In this document: positions 42,628-52,280 of the stretch, piece by piece
Numbering within the stretch: position 1 is the stretch's first letter
Layout of the letters: each line of letters opens with the position of its first letter
Origin: Uliginosibacterium sp.
GTDB taxonomy: Bacteria > Pseudomonadota > Gammaproteobacteria > Burkholderiales > Rhodocyclaceae
Assembly: GCA_016718265.1 (NCBI GenBank)
Contig: JADKDZ010000007.1
Coordinates: forward strand, 197,622-261,621
Direction of reading: 5' to 3'
DNA: 64,000 nt
Notes under the pieces: model-generated
Told to the model about the DNA's origin: nothing
Databases searched by the model: none
The model's input: only the letters and a program-made list of their open reading frames with translations
Translations under genes and position numbers: made by a program

Positions 42628-43086
42628 GCACTAGAACCTCGTCCTGCTATCAGGATCTGGCGCGGCCCCACATCTGGACAGGTGTGGGGCCGTTATTGTT
42701 AGCAGCCAGCCATCCCGATCAAGCCGTCACGGGTGGCCTCGCTGCTTGCGCGATGCGGCTCTCTACCTATCCCCCACACACTGTTCGTGCGCCGGCTGCG
42801 CGGTGAGACAAGGTGGTCTGGATAGAGTCCGACCCCTGTATTCCTTACGCCCTGCGGGATTTTTTTGCCGCGTCGATGCCGCGACGGGCCAAGACACTGA
42901 GCATCTGCACACGCATACCCCGACAAGCACTGCCTGTTGTCACGAGCCCAAAGGCGTGACGACAACGCGTCCTGATCTCCTCTGCCTCCACCGCCATCAC
43001 GCGTGCAGCTTGCCTCGGCAGCTGCGGCCGCATGCCGGACTATGGCAAGATCACGCCAAGAATCCATCTGCACAGGGAGCCCGCCC

Positions 43087-43740
43087 ATGAATCTCGCTAG
43101 CATCGTTCATCACCGCCACGCCACCAAGGCCTTCGACCCGAGCCGCAAAATTTCCGCCGAAGCCGCGGCGCAACTCGAAGACTTGCTGCGCTTTGCGCCG
43201 TCTTCCATCAACTCGCAACCCTGGCATTTCGTGATCGCCAGCAGTGAAGAAGGCAAGGCGCGCATTGCCAAGGCTACGCAGGGGGTGTCGGCCTACAACA
43301 CCCCGAAGATCCTGAATGCCTCGCATGTCGTCGTCTTTTGCGCCCGGCAGAATTTTGACGACAGCCACTTTGCTGCCGTCATCGATCAGGAAGAAGCCGA
43401 TGGCCGCTTCGCCGGACCGGACGCGAAAGCCGCGCAGCTCAAGGGGCGCGGCTACTACATCAACTTTCACCGTTTCGACCGCAAGGACACTCAGCACTGG
43501 ATGGAGAAGCAGGTCTACATCGCACTGGGGACCTTGCTGCTTGGCGCATCGGCACTCGAGATAGACGCCTGCCCGATCGAAGGATTTGAGCCCGGCATTC
43601 TCGATGAGGAACTCGGCTTGCGCGCCAAGGGCCTGACCAGCATTGTCATCGCCGCGCTGGGCTACCGCAGCGCCGAGGACTTCAACGCCAAACTCGCAAA
43701 GTCCCGCCTGCCTGCCGAGCAAGTGATCACTCGACTCTGA
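43087..43740 (+). CDS. nfsB: Oxygen-insensitive NAD(P)H nitroreductase
   Basis: 217 aa, collinear with E. coli NfsB (HRHATKAFD, SSINSQPWHFVIASSEEGKARIAKA, KSRLP). Confidence 0.85.
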   Translation: MNLASIVHHRHATKAFDPSRKISAEAAAQLEDLLRFAPSSINSQPWHFVIASSEEGKARIAKATQGVSAYNTPKILNASHVVVFCARQNFDDSHFAAVIDQEEADGRFAGPDAKAAQLKGRGYYINFHRFDRKDTQHWMEKQVYIALGTLLLGASALEIDACPIEGFEPGILDEELGLRAKGLTSIVIAALGYRSAEDFNAKLAKSRLPAEQVITRL

Positions 43741-43987
43741 GCACGGGCGCGTCATCTCGCACAGTGACGCACCGGCCGCCTCAGTATCCGCCAGGTTTGC
43801 CGAAATACCCCTTGGAGAGCCGCATCCAGCCTGGCTCTCCAAGGGGTATCGGGCGGGCCCCTGCGCTCGCCAGGCCTCATAAGAATCCGGGCCACTGACT
43901 GCACCTTCTGGCAAGATACCGGCCTGGATCGACGCACAAGATGGCTCGGGATGCCCTAACCCGATGACCCCCACGAGAGGACACACC

Positions 43988-45025
43988 ATGCCAGCGCCAC
44001 GCTTTCACACGCTCGCCCTGCTGGGCGCACTGACGATCAGTGCCTTGACCACCACACCCGCGCAGGCCGGCAAAACCCTGGACGCCATCAAGCAGCGCGG
44101 CACCATCCAGTGCGGGGTCAGCACAGGCGTAGCGGGCTTCTCGCTGCCGGATAGCCAGGGCAAGTGGTCGGGCTTCGATGCGGATTTCTGCCGCGCACTG
44201 GCGGCCGCCGTGCTGGGCGACGCCAACAAGGTGAACTTCGTGCCGCTGAACTCGCAGCAGCGTTTCTCGGCCATCCAGTCGGGCGAGGTGGACCTGCTGG
44301 CGCGCAACACCACCTGGACGCTCAACCGTGACGCCTCGCTGGGCCTCTCCTTTACCGGCGTGACCTACTACGACGGCCAGGGCTTCCTGGTGCCGAAGAA
44401 GCTTAAAGTCACCAGTGCCAAGCAGCTCAAGAACGCCGAGATCTGCGTGCAGTCCGGCACCACCAACGAGAAAAACCTGGCGGATTACTTCCGCGCACAG
44501 AACGTGAAGGTCAAGCCGGTGGTCTTCGAAGGCTTCGAGGCCTCGTTCAAAGCTTTCTTCTCGGGCCGCTGCCAAGCGTATACCACCGATATCTCAGGCC
44601 TCGCCGGCGTCCGCAACAAAGAGACCAAGAACCCCGACGACTATGTGATCCTGCCCGAGGTGATCTCGAAAGAGCCGCTCGGCCCGGCCGTGCGCCGTGG
44701 CGATGACGAATGGTTCGCCATCGTGCGCTGGGTGGCGTTCGCCCTGATCGAGGCGGAGGAATACGGCATCACCCAAGCCAACGTCGAACGCATCAAGGCC
44801 GAAAGCCAAGACCCCAGCATCGGCCGCCTGCTGGGCTCAAGCGAAGACACGGGCAAGCTGCTCGGCCTGAATCGCGACTGGGCCGCCCGCGCCATCAAGG
44901 CCGTGGGTAACTACGGCGAGATCTTCGCCCGCAACGTCGGGCCGGATTCGGTGCTGAAATTGCCGCGCGGGCTCAACAATCTGTGGAACAAGGGCGGTAT
45001 TCTCTTTGCGCCCCCTGTCCGCTGA
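43988..45025 (+). CDS. aapJ: General L-amino-acid ABC transporter substrate-binding protein
   Basis: Signal peptide then GKTLDAIKQRGTIQCGVSTGVAGFS...; AapJ/BztA-type. Confidence 0.85.
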   Translation: MPAPRFHTLALLGALTISALTTTPAQAGKTLDAIKQRGTIQCGVSTGVAGFSLPDSQGKWSGFDADFCRALAAAVLGDANKVNFVPLNSQQRFSAIQSGEVDLLARNTTWTLNRDASLGLSFTGVTYYDGQGFLVPKKLKVTSAKQLKNAEICVQSGTTNEKNLADYFRAQNVKVKPVVFEGFEASFKAFFSGRCQAYTTDISGLAGVRNKETKNPDDYVILPEVISKEPLGPAVRRGDDEWFAIVRWVAFALIEAEEYGITQANVERIKAESQDPSIGRLLGSSEDTGKLLGLNRDWAARAIKAVGNYGEIFARNVGPDSVLKLPRGLNNLWNKGGILFAPPVR

Positions 45026-45091
45026 TGGGCACTTTGAATCCCTCACCCTGAGGACAACATCTGGGCCGGACCTCCGGCCCGTTTCATTGGC

Positions 45092-46087
45092 ATGCCCCAG
45101 ACAGCCGCCCACCGCTTGATCGTGATCGCCCTGCGCCGCTGGCTGCCCCAGATCGGCGTGCTGGCGCTGCTCGTCCTGTTGCTGGGCTGGCTGGGCCACA
45201 ACGTGCTGGAGAACATGCGCGAGCGCGGCATCCGCGCCGGTTTCGACTTCCTGTTCGATCCGGCCGGCTTCGAGATTGGCGAAAGCCTGCTCGACTACGA
45301 TGCCTCGCAGCCCTTGTGGCGGGCGTTTGCCACCGGCATCCTGAATACCCTGCGCGTGGCACTCCCGGCCATCGCGCTGGCCACCCTGCTTGGCAGCCTG
45401 ATAGGTCTGGGTCGCTTGAGCCGCTCGGCGCCGCTGCGCGGTTTGTGTGGGCTCTGTGTCGAAAGCCTGCGCAACATCCCGCTGCTGCTGCAATTGCTGA
45501 TGTGCTATTTCGCGCTGACCAGCCTGTTGCCGGATGTCAGCGAAGCGCTGCGCCCCCTGCCTGGCGTGATCCTCAGCAAGGGCGGCCTGTTCCTGCCCGC
45601 CTGGCACTGTGACGCCGGCTGTGGCTGGGACCTGCCGCAGCCCGCCGGATTCGGTGTTGAAGGCGGCTGGTCGCTCAGCCCGGAGTACCTGGCGGTGTTG
45701 ATCGCGCTCAGCGCCTACAGCGCGGTATTCATCGCCGAGATCGTACGCGGCGGCATCCAGTCGGTGTCGACGGGCCAGATCGATGCGGCACGGGCATTGG
45801 GCATGCGCCGCCTGCAGGTGTTGCGCCATGTCATCGCACCGCTCGCCCTGCGGGCCATCGTGCCCGCCCTCACCAACCAGTTCCTCAACCTGAGCAAGAA
45901 TTCCTCGCTCGCCGTCGCTGTTGGTTATCCAGAGCTGGTGTCGATCGCCAATACCTCGATCAATCAGAGTGGGCGCGCCTTCGAGTGCATTGTGGTCGTG
46001 ATGGCGGTGTACCTCAGTCTGTCATTGCTCACCGCGCTCATCATGAACCGCTACAACGCCCGCGTGGCACTGCGGGGCACGCGATGA
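45092..46087 (+). CDS. aapQ: Amino-acid ABC transporter permease (AapQ/BztB-type)
   Basis: 331-aa polytopic protein. EAA-like loop IQSVSTGQIDAARALGM. Confidence 0.85.
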   Translation: MPQTAAHRLIVIALRRWLPQIGVLALLVLLLGWLGHNVLENMRERGIRAGFDFLFDPAGFEIGESLLDYDASQPLWRAFATGILNTLRVALPAIALATLLGSLIGLGRLSRSAPLRGLCGLCVESLRNIPLLLQLLMCYFALTSLLPDVSEALRPLPGVILSKGGLFLPAWHCDAGCGWDLPQPAGFGVEGGWSLSPEYLAVLIALSAYSAVFIAEIVRGGIQSVSTGQIDAARALGMRRLQVLRHVIAPLALRAIVPALTNQFLNLSKNSSLAVAVGYPELVSIANTSINQSGRAFECIVVVMAVYLSLSLLTALIMNRYNARVALRGTR

Positions 46088-47109
46088 TGCGCTGGCCGGC
46101 CATAAGCACCCTTTTCTGGGCAGTGCTCGCAGGCGTCCTGCTGTGGCCGGTCTTCAACTGGGGGGTGCTGCACGCCATATGGGGCGCAGATCTTGAGGCA
46201 TGCCGGGCGGCACGCGGCGTGGGCGCCTGCTGGGGTGTGATTGCCGAGAAACACCGCCTGCTGCTGTTTGGCCGCTACCCCTTCGCCGAGCAATGGCGGG
46301 CGCTGCTGGCCACGCTGTTGATCCTCAGCCTGTTCGGCCTCGCCGCTTGGCGCCGCTATCAGCAGCCCCGCTTCATCGGCGTGGGGCTTGTCGGCATCCT
46401 GCTCGCCGTCGGCTTGATGCACGGCGGCGTGTTCGGCCTGGCCAGCGTGCCGACCAAGCTCTGGGGCGGGCTGCCGCTCACCTTGCTGGTCTCGTTGGGC
46501 GGCACCTTATTGGCCTTCCCGCTCGCGATCCTGCTGGCCGTCGGGCGGCGCTCCCGCCTGCCGCTGGTGCGCAGCCTGTGCGCGGCGTACATCGAGCTGA
46601 TCCGGGGCGTGCCGCTGATCAGCCTGTTGTTCATGGCCGCCTTCCTGTTCCCGCTGATGCTGCCGGCACACTGGCGCCCGGATATCCTGCCGCGCGTGAT
46701 TGTCACCATCGCCGCCTTCGCCGCCGCCTACCTGGCCGAGGTGATTCGTGGCGGCCTGCAGGCGGTGCCGCCCGGTCAGCTCGCCGCCGCCCAGGCCCTT
46801 GGCATGCGCACCTGGCAGGCGCTGGCCTTCGTCGTGCTGCCACAAGCGCTGCGCGCCGCCCTGCCCGCGCTCGTTAACAGCTTCGTCGGCATCTTCAAGG
46901 ACAGTTCGCTGATTTCCATCGTCAGCCTGCACGAGCTGACCGGCGCCCTGTCCCTCTCGCTCGGGGGCGACGCCGACTGGCGCAGCTTCTACCTCGAAGG
47001 CTATCTCTTCATCGCCTTCATCTACTGGATCTGCTGTTTCTCGCTGTCACGCGCCGCGCGGCGCCTGGAGCAGCGCCTGGGGTCAAGCCGATCCACCGCG
47101 CCTGCCTGA
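46084..47109 (+). CDS. aapM: Amino-acid ABC transporter permease (AapM/BztC-type)
   Basis: The start ATGATG overlaps the aapQ stop. Loop LQAVPPGQLAAAQALGM. No ATPase gene follows. Confidence 0.85.
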   Translation: MMRWPAISTLFWAVLAGVLLWPVFNWGVLHAIWGADLEACRAARGVGACWGVIAEKHRLLLFGRYPFAEQWRALLATLLILSLFGLAAWRRYQQPRFIGVGLVGILLAVGLMHGGVFGLASVPTKLWGGLPLTLLVSLGGTLLAFPLAILLAVGRRSRLPLVRSLCAAYIELIRGVPLISLLFMAAFLFPLMLPAHWRPDILPRVIVTIAAFAAAYLAEVIRGGLQAVPPGQLAAAQALGMRTWQALAFVVLPQALRAALPALVNSFVGIFKDSSLISIVSLHELTGALSLSLGGDADWRSFYLEGYLFIAFIYWICCFSLSRAARRLEQRLGSSRSTAPA

Positions 47110-47128
47110 GGCGAGGCATTCGGCATCT

Positions 47129-47778
47129 TCGGCGTATTCGCCGACGTATTGGCGGTGGATCGTGCTCAGCGCGTCGGCTGTCTGGCCAAAGGCGTCGGTG
47201 CGCTCGCCGAAGGCATCAAAGCTCGAGGATTTCCTGGATGCTTTGCGCAGGGTCGGTGACGAGGCGAGCGGCGCCTTGGCCTCCGGCGTGGTAAGACCGC
47301 CTGTATTCGTTAGCTCTTTATATCGAGCCATGAACTGCGCCCATTCCTTGTCCGGGGTGTGGAGGTAGCGGGTCTCAGCGTTGCCGGTCTTGTCGAGTGT
47401 AACTTCGGCGCAGGGCCGCGCAGCGTCGATGAGGTGCAGCGTCTCGACCGTCTTGCCGCCCATGGTGACGCGGGGTTTTGATGCGCTGGCCCTGGGCGTC
47501 GCGTTCGTACTCGGTCTTCTGGCTACCAGTGTCGACAAGGATCAGGCCGTTGCCGGCTGTCCCAGCGTAGCTGGTGCTGTTGCCGTCGGGGCTCTGCTTC
47601 TTGAGCAGATTGCCGTTGGCATCCCAGCTGTAGGTAGTGATCAGGCCATCGCTGTCTTCGCTGAGCAGGCGATCGTTGCTGTCGTACTGGTAGCGGGAGG
47701 TGAGGGTGCTGCCGCCTTGCGTGACCTGCTGGCTGAGGCGGTTGCCGACGGCGTCGTAGCGATATGTCTGCCAAGCCG
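47129..47778 (-). pseudogene. RHS/YD-repeat core fragment 1, truncated at both ends and internally disrupted
   Basis: Near-identical at the nucleotide level to 52953-53585. Reads ...GGKTVETLHLIDAARP...FDAFGERTDAFGQTADALSTIHRQYVGEYA and then stops being RHS at 47129, 20 nt from the aapM stop. An AT-rich patch of about 56 bp (47295-47350) replaces about 49 bp of core. Confidence 0.8.
47304..47349 (+). repeat. 46-nt AT-rich element, copy 1 (embedded in RHS fragment 1)
   Basis: TATTCGTTAGCTCTTTATATCGAGCCATGAACTGCGCCCATTCCTT. About 90% identical to 59978-60025 in the same orientation. Confidence 0.85.
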
Positions 47779-48045
47779 CCCGCAGCGGCGATCTTCACGG
47801 AGGCGTCGCTGTCAGGCAGCAGGCATCGGCATCACAGCGATGGATGGCTGAAGACTCTTGCTGCAGGCGGGTGCTGGCGTGGTTGGCTTGTTAAAGAGCG
47901 GGATGGGTTTAGTACAGCAGGCAAAACGTCAATTGAACCAAGGCCTCAAAACGACATTGACATCGCCTGCGGCGACCCGGATTACGCTGCGATGCAGCGA
48001 ATCCAGGCTACTCCCTTGCTACGGAGTACGCCGTACGCGGTGCTT
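47779..48045 (-). repeat. Conserved cassette leader, copy 1
   Basis: Shares blocks GCAGCGGCGA-CTTCA, CATCACAGCGATGG, TTAAAGAGCGGGAT, ACGACATTGACATCGCCTGCGGCGACCC, GATTACGCTGCGATGCAGC-AATCCAGGCTACTC and CTACGG...CCGTA with the other leader copies. Confidence 0.75.
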
Positions 48046-48099
48046 CAATTGACTTTGCGAACCTCTGCATTTCAAGCGCTTTGGCCTGTTGCTTGTCGG

Positions 48100-48712
48100 A
48101 CCACGGCCCCATCTATCAGTCCCCAAAAAACTCTTCTCTTGAAACCGAGAAATACAATTTCTTTCTGTTTCTTACTTCGAGTCTTTCGTCACTGTCAAGC
48201 CGAAAAATGCCTTAAGGGAAGAGAGTCCTGGGGCTAATACCGAATTCTCTCGTATTGAATGCTTCGATAGAGGCAACATCCATCGGATCGCAACTCATCT
48301 CTCTGAGATCGGCAAACTCGGATGGATCTCCCGGTGCAATCAGCACCGATCACCTTCAAAACCCAGAAACAAGGCGCGGATAAACGACGACGGCAAACGG
48401 TCCAGGCCGCATGTCAGCCAGCACATACTGGCGTCCTCAAGCGTAAAGACCACGGCGAACTGTGTGACCGCTACGCTGAACTCAGCAAAGCCGAATACAT
48501 CGAAATCGAGCAGACCGTCCCCCAGAACCTCTTCACCCGCTCTGCCAGCGGACAGTATCCTATCTGGGCGCGTCCACTCGGAAAGCGATCTATCTGGAAC
48601 CCTCTGCGACGAATATCTTTTCAATAACCCTTTCTGTGTCGCAAATCTCGGTCACAGCAAGGCAATGATCGATGGCGATTCGGATTGGGATATAAAAATT
48701 TCTATAAATCAT
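48100..48712 (-). pseudogene. Immunity-position gene ImmA, frameshifted copy
   Basis: The ATG at 48712 lies 2 nt after the toxin stop. MIYRNFYIPIRIAIDHCLAVTEICDTERVIEKIFVAEG then loses frame (GAGGGTTCC versus GAGGGCTTCC in the intact copy at 56214-56831). Homology resumes in ORF 48340-48624. Confidence 0.7.
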
Positions 48713-48713
48713 A

Positions 48714-50358
48714 TCAGGGCCAATAAATAATAGAGCCGTCACCGAGGATAGCGATTATTTCAGTTGGGGAGCGTCCATTTCTTTCGAGCCTAGCGATCTC
48801 GCTGTCAAGCAACTCACGCGTCAGGCCGCCGTAGTCGCCATCGATAATGAAACGATCTGGCTGTCCTTTCTTTAGCGATTCTCGAATGTTTTGGTACACG
48901 CCATTCTTGCCTTTCACGGTTTTGATGTCATACATGTGTCCATTGTAAGGGGGCGTCAGCTCTGCCCCCACCTTCTCCGCGCAGGTAAATCCTCGCCCCA
49001 GTCTTCTCTGCCAAATGCTCTGCAGCAGCGATTTCTTTAGCGGTCGCAGGCGTTTTCTTCGACCACCGAACCCATCCCAATCCCTTTTTTGATTGAATCA
49101 AACCGCGGGTGATCAGCTTGGCACCCCAAGGCGCTACGGATGCGATCACCCCCCAGCCCATTGAACTGCTGTAACTTGCACCGCCATCCAGTGCATTTGA
49201 TATCAAGTTGCTGCCAAAGTCGGCCTGAATGTTTGCCAATACACTCTGGATATTGGACGCGGCCCCCAGACCACCCAGCGTAAACAACCCACTCGGATCC
49301 CGCCCGCCAACCGGATCCCCATGCGCATACCCATACTTGTTCAACGACAAAGGCTGAGTCAGCCTCCCCGCAAACTCATCCATCGACACAAAGCGCCCAA
49401 GCTGCGGGTCGTAGTGGCGGGGGCGCAGGTTGTAGAGCCGGTGCGGTCGGCGTATTCGCCGACGTATTGGTGGTGGATCGCTCGGCGCGTCGGCGGACTG
49501 CCCGAAGGCGTCGCTGCGCTTGCCGAAGGCGTCAAAGCTAAGGATTTCCTGGATGCTTTGCGCGGGGTCGGTGACGAGGCGGGTGCTGCCTGCTGTCGGC
49601 GTGGTAGAGCCGGGTCTGGCTGCCATTTTGCTCGGCGATGAGGTCGCCGAGTCCGTCCGGGGTGTGAGGTAGCGGGTTTCGCTGCTGCCCGTTTTGTCGA
49701 GTACAACTTCGGCATAGGGGCGTGCCTCGTCGATGAGGTGCTGGGTTTCAACCGATTTTGCCGCCCATGGTGACACGGGTTTGATGCGCTGCCCCTGGGC
49801 GTCGCGTTCGTACTCGGTTTTCTGGCTGCCGGTATCGACGGATCAGGCGGTTGTGGCTGTCCCAGCCGTGGGTGGTGCTGTTGCCGTCGGGGCTCTGCTT
49901 GAGAAGATTGCCGTTGGCATCCCAGCTGTAGGTAGTGATCAGGCCATCGCTGTCTTCGCTGAGCAGGCGGTCGTTGCTGTCGTACTGGTAACGGGTGGTG
50001 AGGGTGCTGCCAGCTTGCGTCACCTGCTTGCTGAGGCGGTTGCCGACGGCGTCGTAGCTGTAGCGGGTGAGCCGGATGTCGCCAGCTTCGTCCACCTGTT
50101 CTTCCAGCAGTTTGCCCGCCTTGTCGTACTGGTAGGCGATCTGGCGCTGGCCGCTGGCGAGCTTTTCGGTGACGGCCTGCTTGCGGCCGTTGGCATCTCA
50201 GCGTGTAGTTGAATTGGGCAGAGACTGCCGTCGGCTTTCAGATGCTCGACTTCGGTGAGCTGGTTGGCGTCGTTGTAGCGGTAGTGGCTTTGTGCGCCGC
50301 TGGCGTGGGTGATGCCGGTGCGGTTGCCGATGGCGTCGACGCGATGGGTCTGATGAGC
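48714..50358 (-). pseudogene. RHS core fragment 2 fused to toxin C-terminal domain CT-A (multiple frameshifts)
   Basis: YD repeats (RVDAIGNRTGITHASGAQSHYRYNDANQLTEVEHL, YSYDAVGNRL, YSWDANGN). Core end RHYDPQLGRFVSMDEFAGRLTQPLSLNKYGYAHGDPVGGRDPSGL. Then CT-A: ...AAEHLAEKTGARIYLRGE...YNGHMYDIKTVKGKNGVYQNIRESLKKGQPDRFIIDG...ILGDGSIIYWP. Confidence 0.8.
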
Positions 50359-50585
50359 CGCTTGCAGCGGCGACCTTCATAGGGGTGTCGCTGTCAGCCA
50401 ATAGGGCATCAGCATCACAGCGATGGCAGGCTGAAGCCCCATGCTGCAGGCGGGTTCCGGCGTAGTTGTGTTTTTAAAGAGCGGGATGGGTTTGGCGCAC
50501 GGCAACTCAGTCCAAAGCTTCCAAACGACATTGACATCGCCTGCGGCGACCCTCGGATTACGCTGCGGTGCAGCTAATCCAGGCT
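50359..50585 (-). repeat. Conserved cassette leader, copy 2 (left part; continues at 51808-51845 after the IS110 insertion)
   Basis: Collinear with 55995-56204. Homology stops exactly at AATCCAGGCT (50576-50585) and resumes at CTACTCTCTTGCTACGG (51808 onward). Confidence 0.8.
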
Positions 50586-50841
50586 TGTATGTTCTGTCTG
50601 CGCCCTTATGAAGCAGCGGATAGGGGCGCCGAGGTGGAGGGACGATCCAGGCTATCTGCCGTGTCAGCGGACAGACTTCCGTAGAAATGTCCCCATTTCG
50701 TTTGCGTCAGCGTCGATTAGGAATGCAGCGCGTGGCAGCCCTGTCGTGATCGCCACGACGGCCAATAGAAGCAAGCACGCCAAAGCAAACGCCTCCTCAG
50801 CAAGTCCATTTTAGCCGCAGCACTGGCCCAGATCTGTACGC
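50586..50841 (+). ncRNA. Candidate bridge (guide) RNA region in the IS110 left end
   Basis: Non-coding left end upstream of the recombinase ORF, as in IS110-group elements. It contains ATCCAGGCT (50645-50653), identical to the 9 nt of target immediately left of the insertion including the CT core (50577-50585). RNA ends and fold were not determined. Confidence 0.35.
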
Positions 50842-51804
50842 ATGAATACGCAAGCCTTATCTATCGGTGTGGATGTCAGTCTCGCAGAATTGGTCATCGC
50901 CCACTTTGGTGACACGACGCCACTCATCAAAATCCCCAACAATGCAGTGCAAATCAAGCGCTGGCTCAAAGCCTTACCGCCCGCCTGCACGATCGGTATG
51001 GAAGCGACGGGCGCCTATCATCGTCTGCTGGCCGACCTGGCTTTTGCTGCGGGCCATACCGTCTTTGTACTCAATCCACGTGACGTTGCGCTCTACCTCA
51101 AGAGCTTGCGCACTCGTGGAAAGACCGATGTGCTTGATGCACGCGGCATTGCCCGTTACACGCACAACGAGACAGACAAGTGCCATGCGTACGTGCCACT
51201 CACGGCACAGCAACAGACGATCACGACGCTGATTCAGCGCCGTCATCAAGTCGTTAAAAGCCGCACCAGCTTGCGCATGAGTTTTGCCGACACAACGCTT
51301 TGCACCAAAGCGTGCTCCAAACTGATGTGCGCCTTTGACGCCTTGCTTGCCGATATCGACAACCAGCTCAAAGCGCTGATCGCAGCCGATGAAGCCTTGA
51401 ATGCACGTTGCAAGCACTTGCGCTCCATTCAAGGTGTCGGTCCTTTGATCAGCGCCGCATTGGCCATGCGTATGAGTCGAGTACATTATGCCAACAGCGA
51501 TGCACTGGTGGCTGCCATCGGGCTCGACCCCAGGCCACGTGAGTCAGGTCAATACACTGGCACACGTCACCTCTCCAAGCGCGGAAACCCAGAAGAGCGG
51601 CGATTGCTCTATCTGGCCGCAGTCAGTGCTTGTCGCAACCCAACCTGGAAAGCCATTCAGACCACACTGCTCGGCAAGGGACTGCCTTCCACTGCGGTCT
51701 ATTGCATCATCGCCCGCAAGATCTGCGCATTGCATTTGCTATCTGGAATACAGGGGTGCCGTACGACCCGAACCTCGTCGGAAAATGCTTGCTCTCCAAC
51801 ATAG
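50842..51804 (+). CDS. IS110-family (DEDD) transposase; C-terminal approximately 25 aa possibly frameshifted
   Basis: 320 aa. IGVDVSLAEL (DEDD N-domain), GMEATGAYH, C-terminal HhH region IQGVGPLISAALA. A family-like tail LRIAFAIWNTGVPYDPNLVGK is read in another frame from about 51725. Confidence 0.85.
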   Translation: MNTQALSIGVDVSLAELVIAHFGDTTPLIKIPNNAVQIKRWLKALPPACTIGMEATGAYHRLLADLAFAAGHTVFVLNPRDVALYLKSLRTRGKTDVLDARGIARYTHNETDKCHAYVPLTAQQQTITTLIQRRHQVVKSRTSLRMSFADTTLCTKACSKLMCAFDALLADIDNQLKALIAADEALNARCKHLRSIQGVGPLISAALAMRMSRVHYANSDALVAAIGLDPRPRESGQYTGTRHLSKRGNPEERRLLYLAAVSACRNPTWKAIQTTLLGKGLPSTAVYCIIARKICALHLLSGIQGCRTTRTSSENACSPT

Positions 51805-51929
51805 AATCTACTCTCTTGCTACGGCGTACGCTGTACGCGGTGGCGCGAAGATAAATCGCCGAATCGGCTTGACTTCGGCATATAGAATTGCGCACGCATC
51901 GCCGCCGCAATACGGATAATCAGAGTCAC

Positions 51930-52256
51930 TCACGATAAACCGTAAGCTATTCCTGTCGCCGCAAGAGCATTGTTTGCTACAAATATATTAAGTTCGCTAC
52001 CTAAAGGTACTATTTCAGTTATTAAGCATCCAAAATAGTTCTCCATTTCTTTGACAGCACTAATACAAATAACGGAGTCGTACTGCCGGCCTACTCTAAT
52101 TATATCTCCTTCAATTTTATCGAAACCGCAAGAGGCCATTACTCCCCAGGTAGCATTAGCAAAGGTCGGTAATGACTGACAATCTCTTCTGGCAAAGCGC
52201 CATCTAAGGATGGATCCAAAATTTTAGCTAGACTTTATAAGAGCTCTAGAATACAT
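51930..52256 (-). pseudogene. Immunity-position gene ImmC (possibly SUKH/SMI1-like), apparent frameshifts
   Basis: Low-GC segment 25 nt downstream of the CT-C stop. Pieces read MYSRALIKS / AKILDPSLDGALPEEIVSHYRPLLMLPG / GVMASCGFDKIEGDIIRVGRQYDSVICISAVKEMENYFG... The LPEE...Y...GG pattern resembles SUKH immunity proteins (weak, from memory). Confidence 0.4.
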
Positions 52257-52280
52257 GTGCTAATGAAATGATCGATTTAT

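Larger units (their letters stand above)
50586..51807 (+). mobile_element. IS110-family insertion sequence (about 1.22 kb) inserted in leader copy 2
   Basis: Comparison with the uninterrupted leader (56191-56215) gives exact junctions: ...CCAGG CT | TGTATGTTC ... CATAGAAT | CT ACTCTC. CT is present at both junctions. There is a 256-nt non-coding left end, then the transposase ORF. Confidence 0.85.

Noticed and set aside
42628-43086. ORFs of 62-134 aa (42612-42806, 42699-43103, 42746-43090, 42845-43033) and hairpins in the pflB-nfsB spacer; considered as small genes or an sRNA.
   Set aside because: The ORFs overlap each other on both strands and have no RBS or recognisable motifs. The CCCTGCGGG + T7 feature at about 42851-42866 has only a 3-bp stem. 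This is too weak to call.
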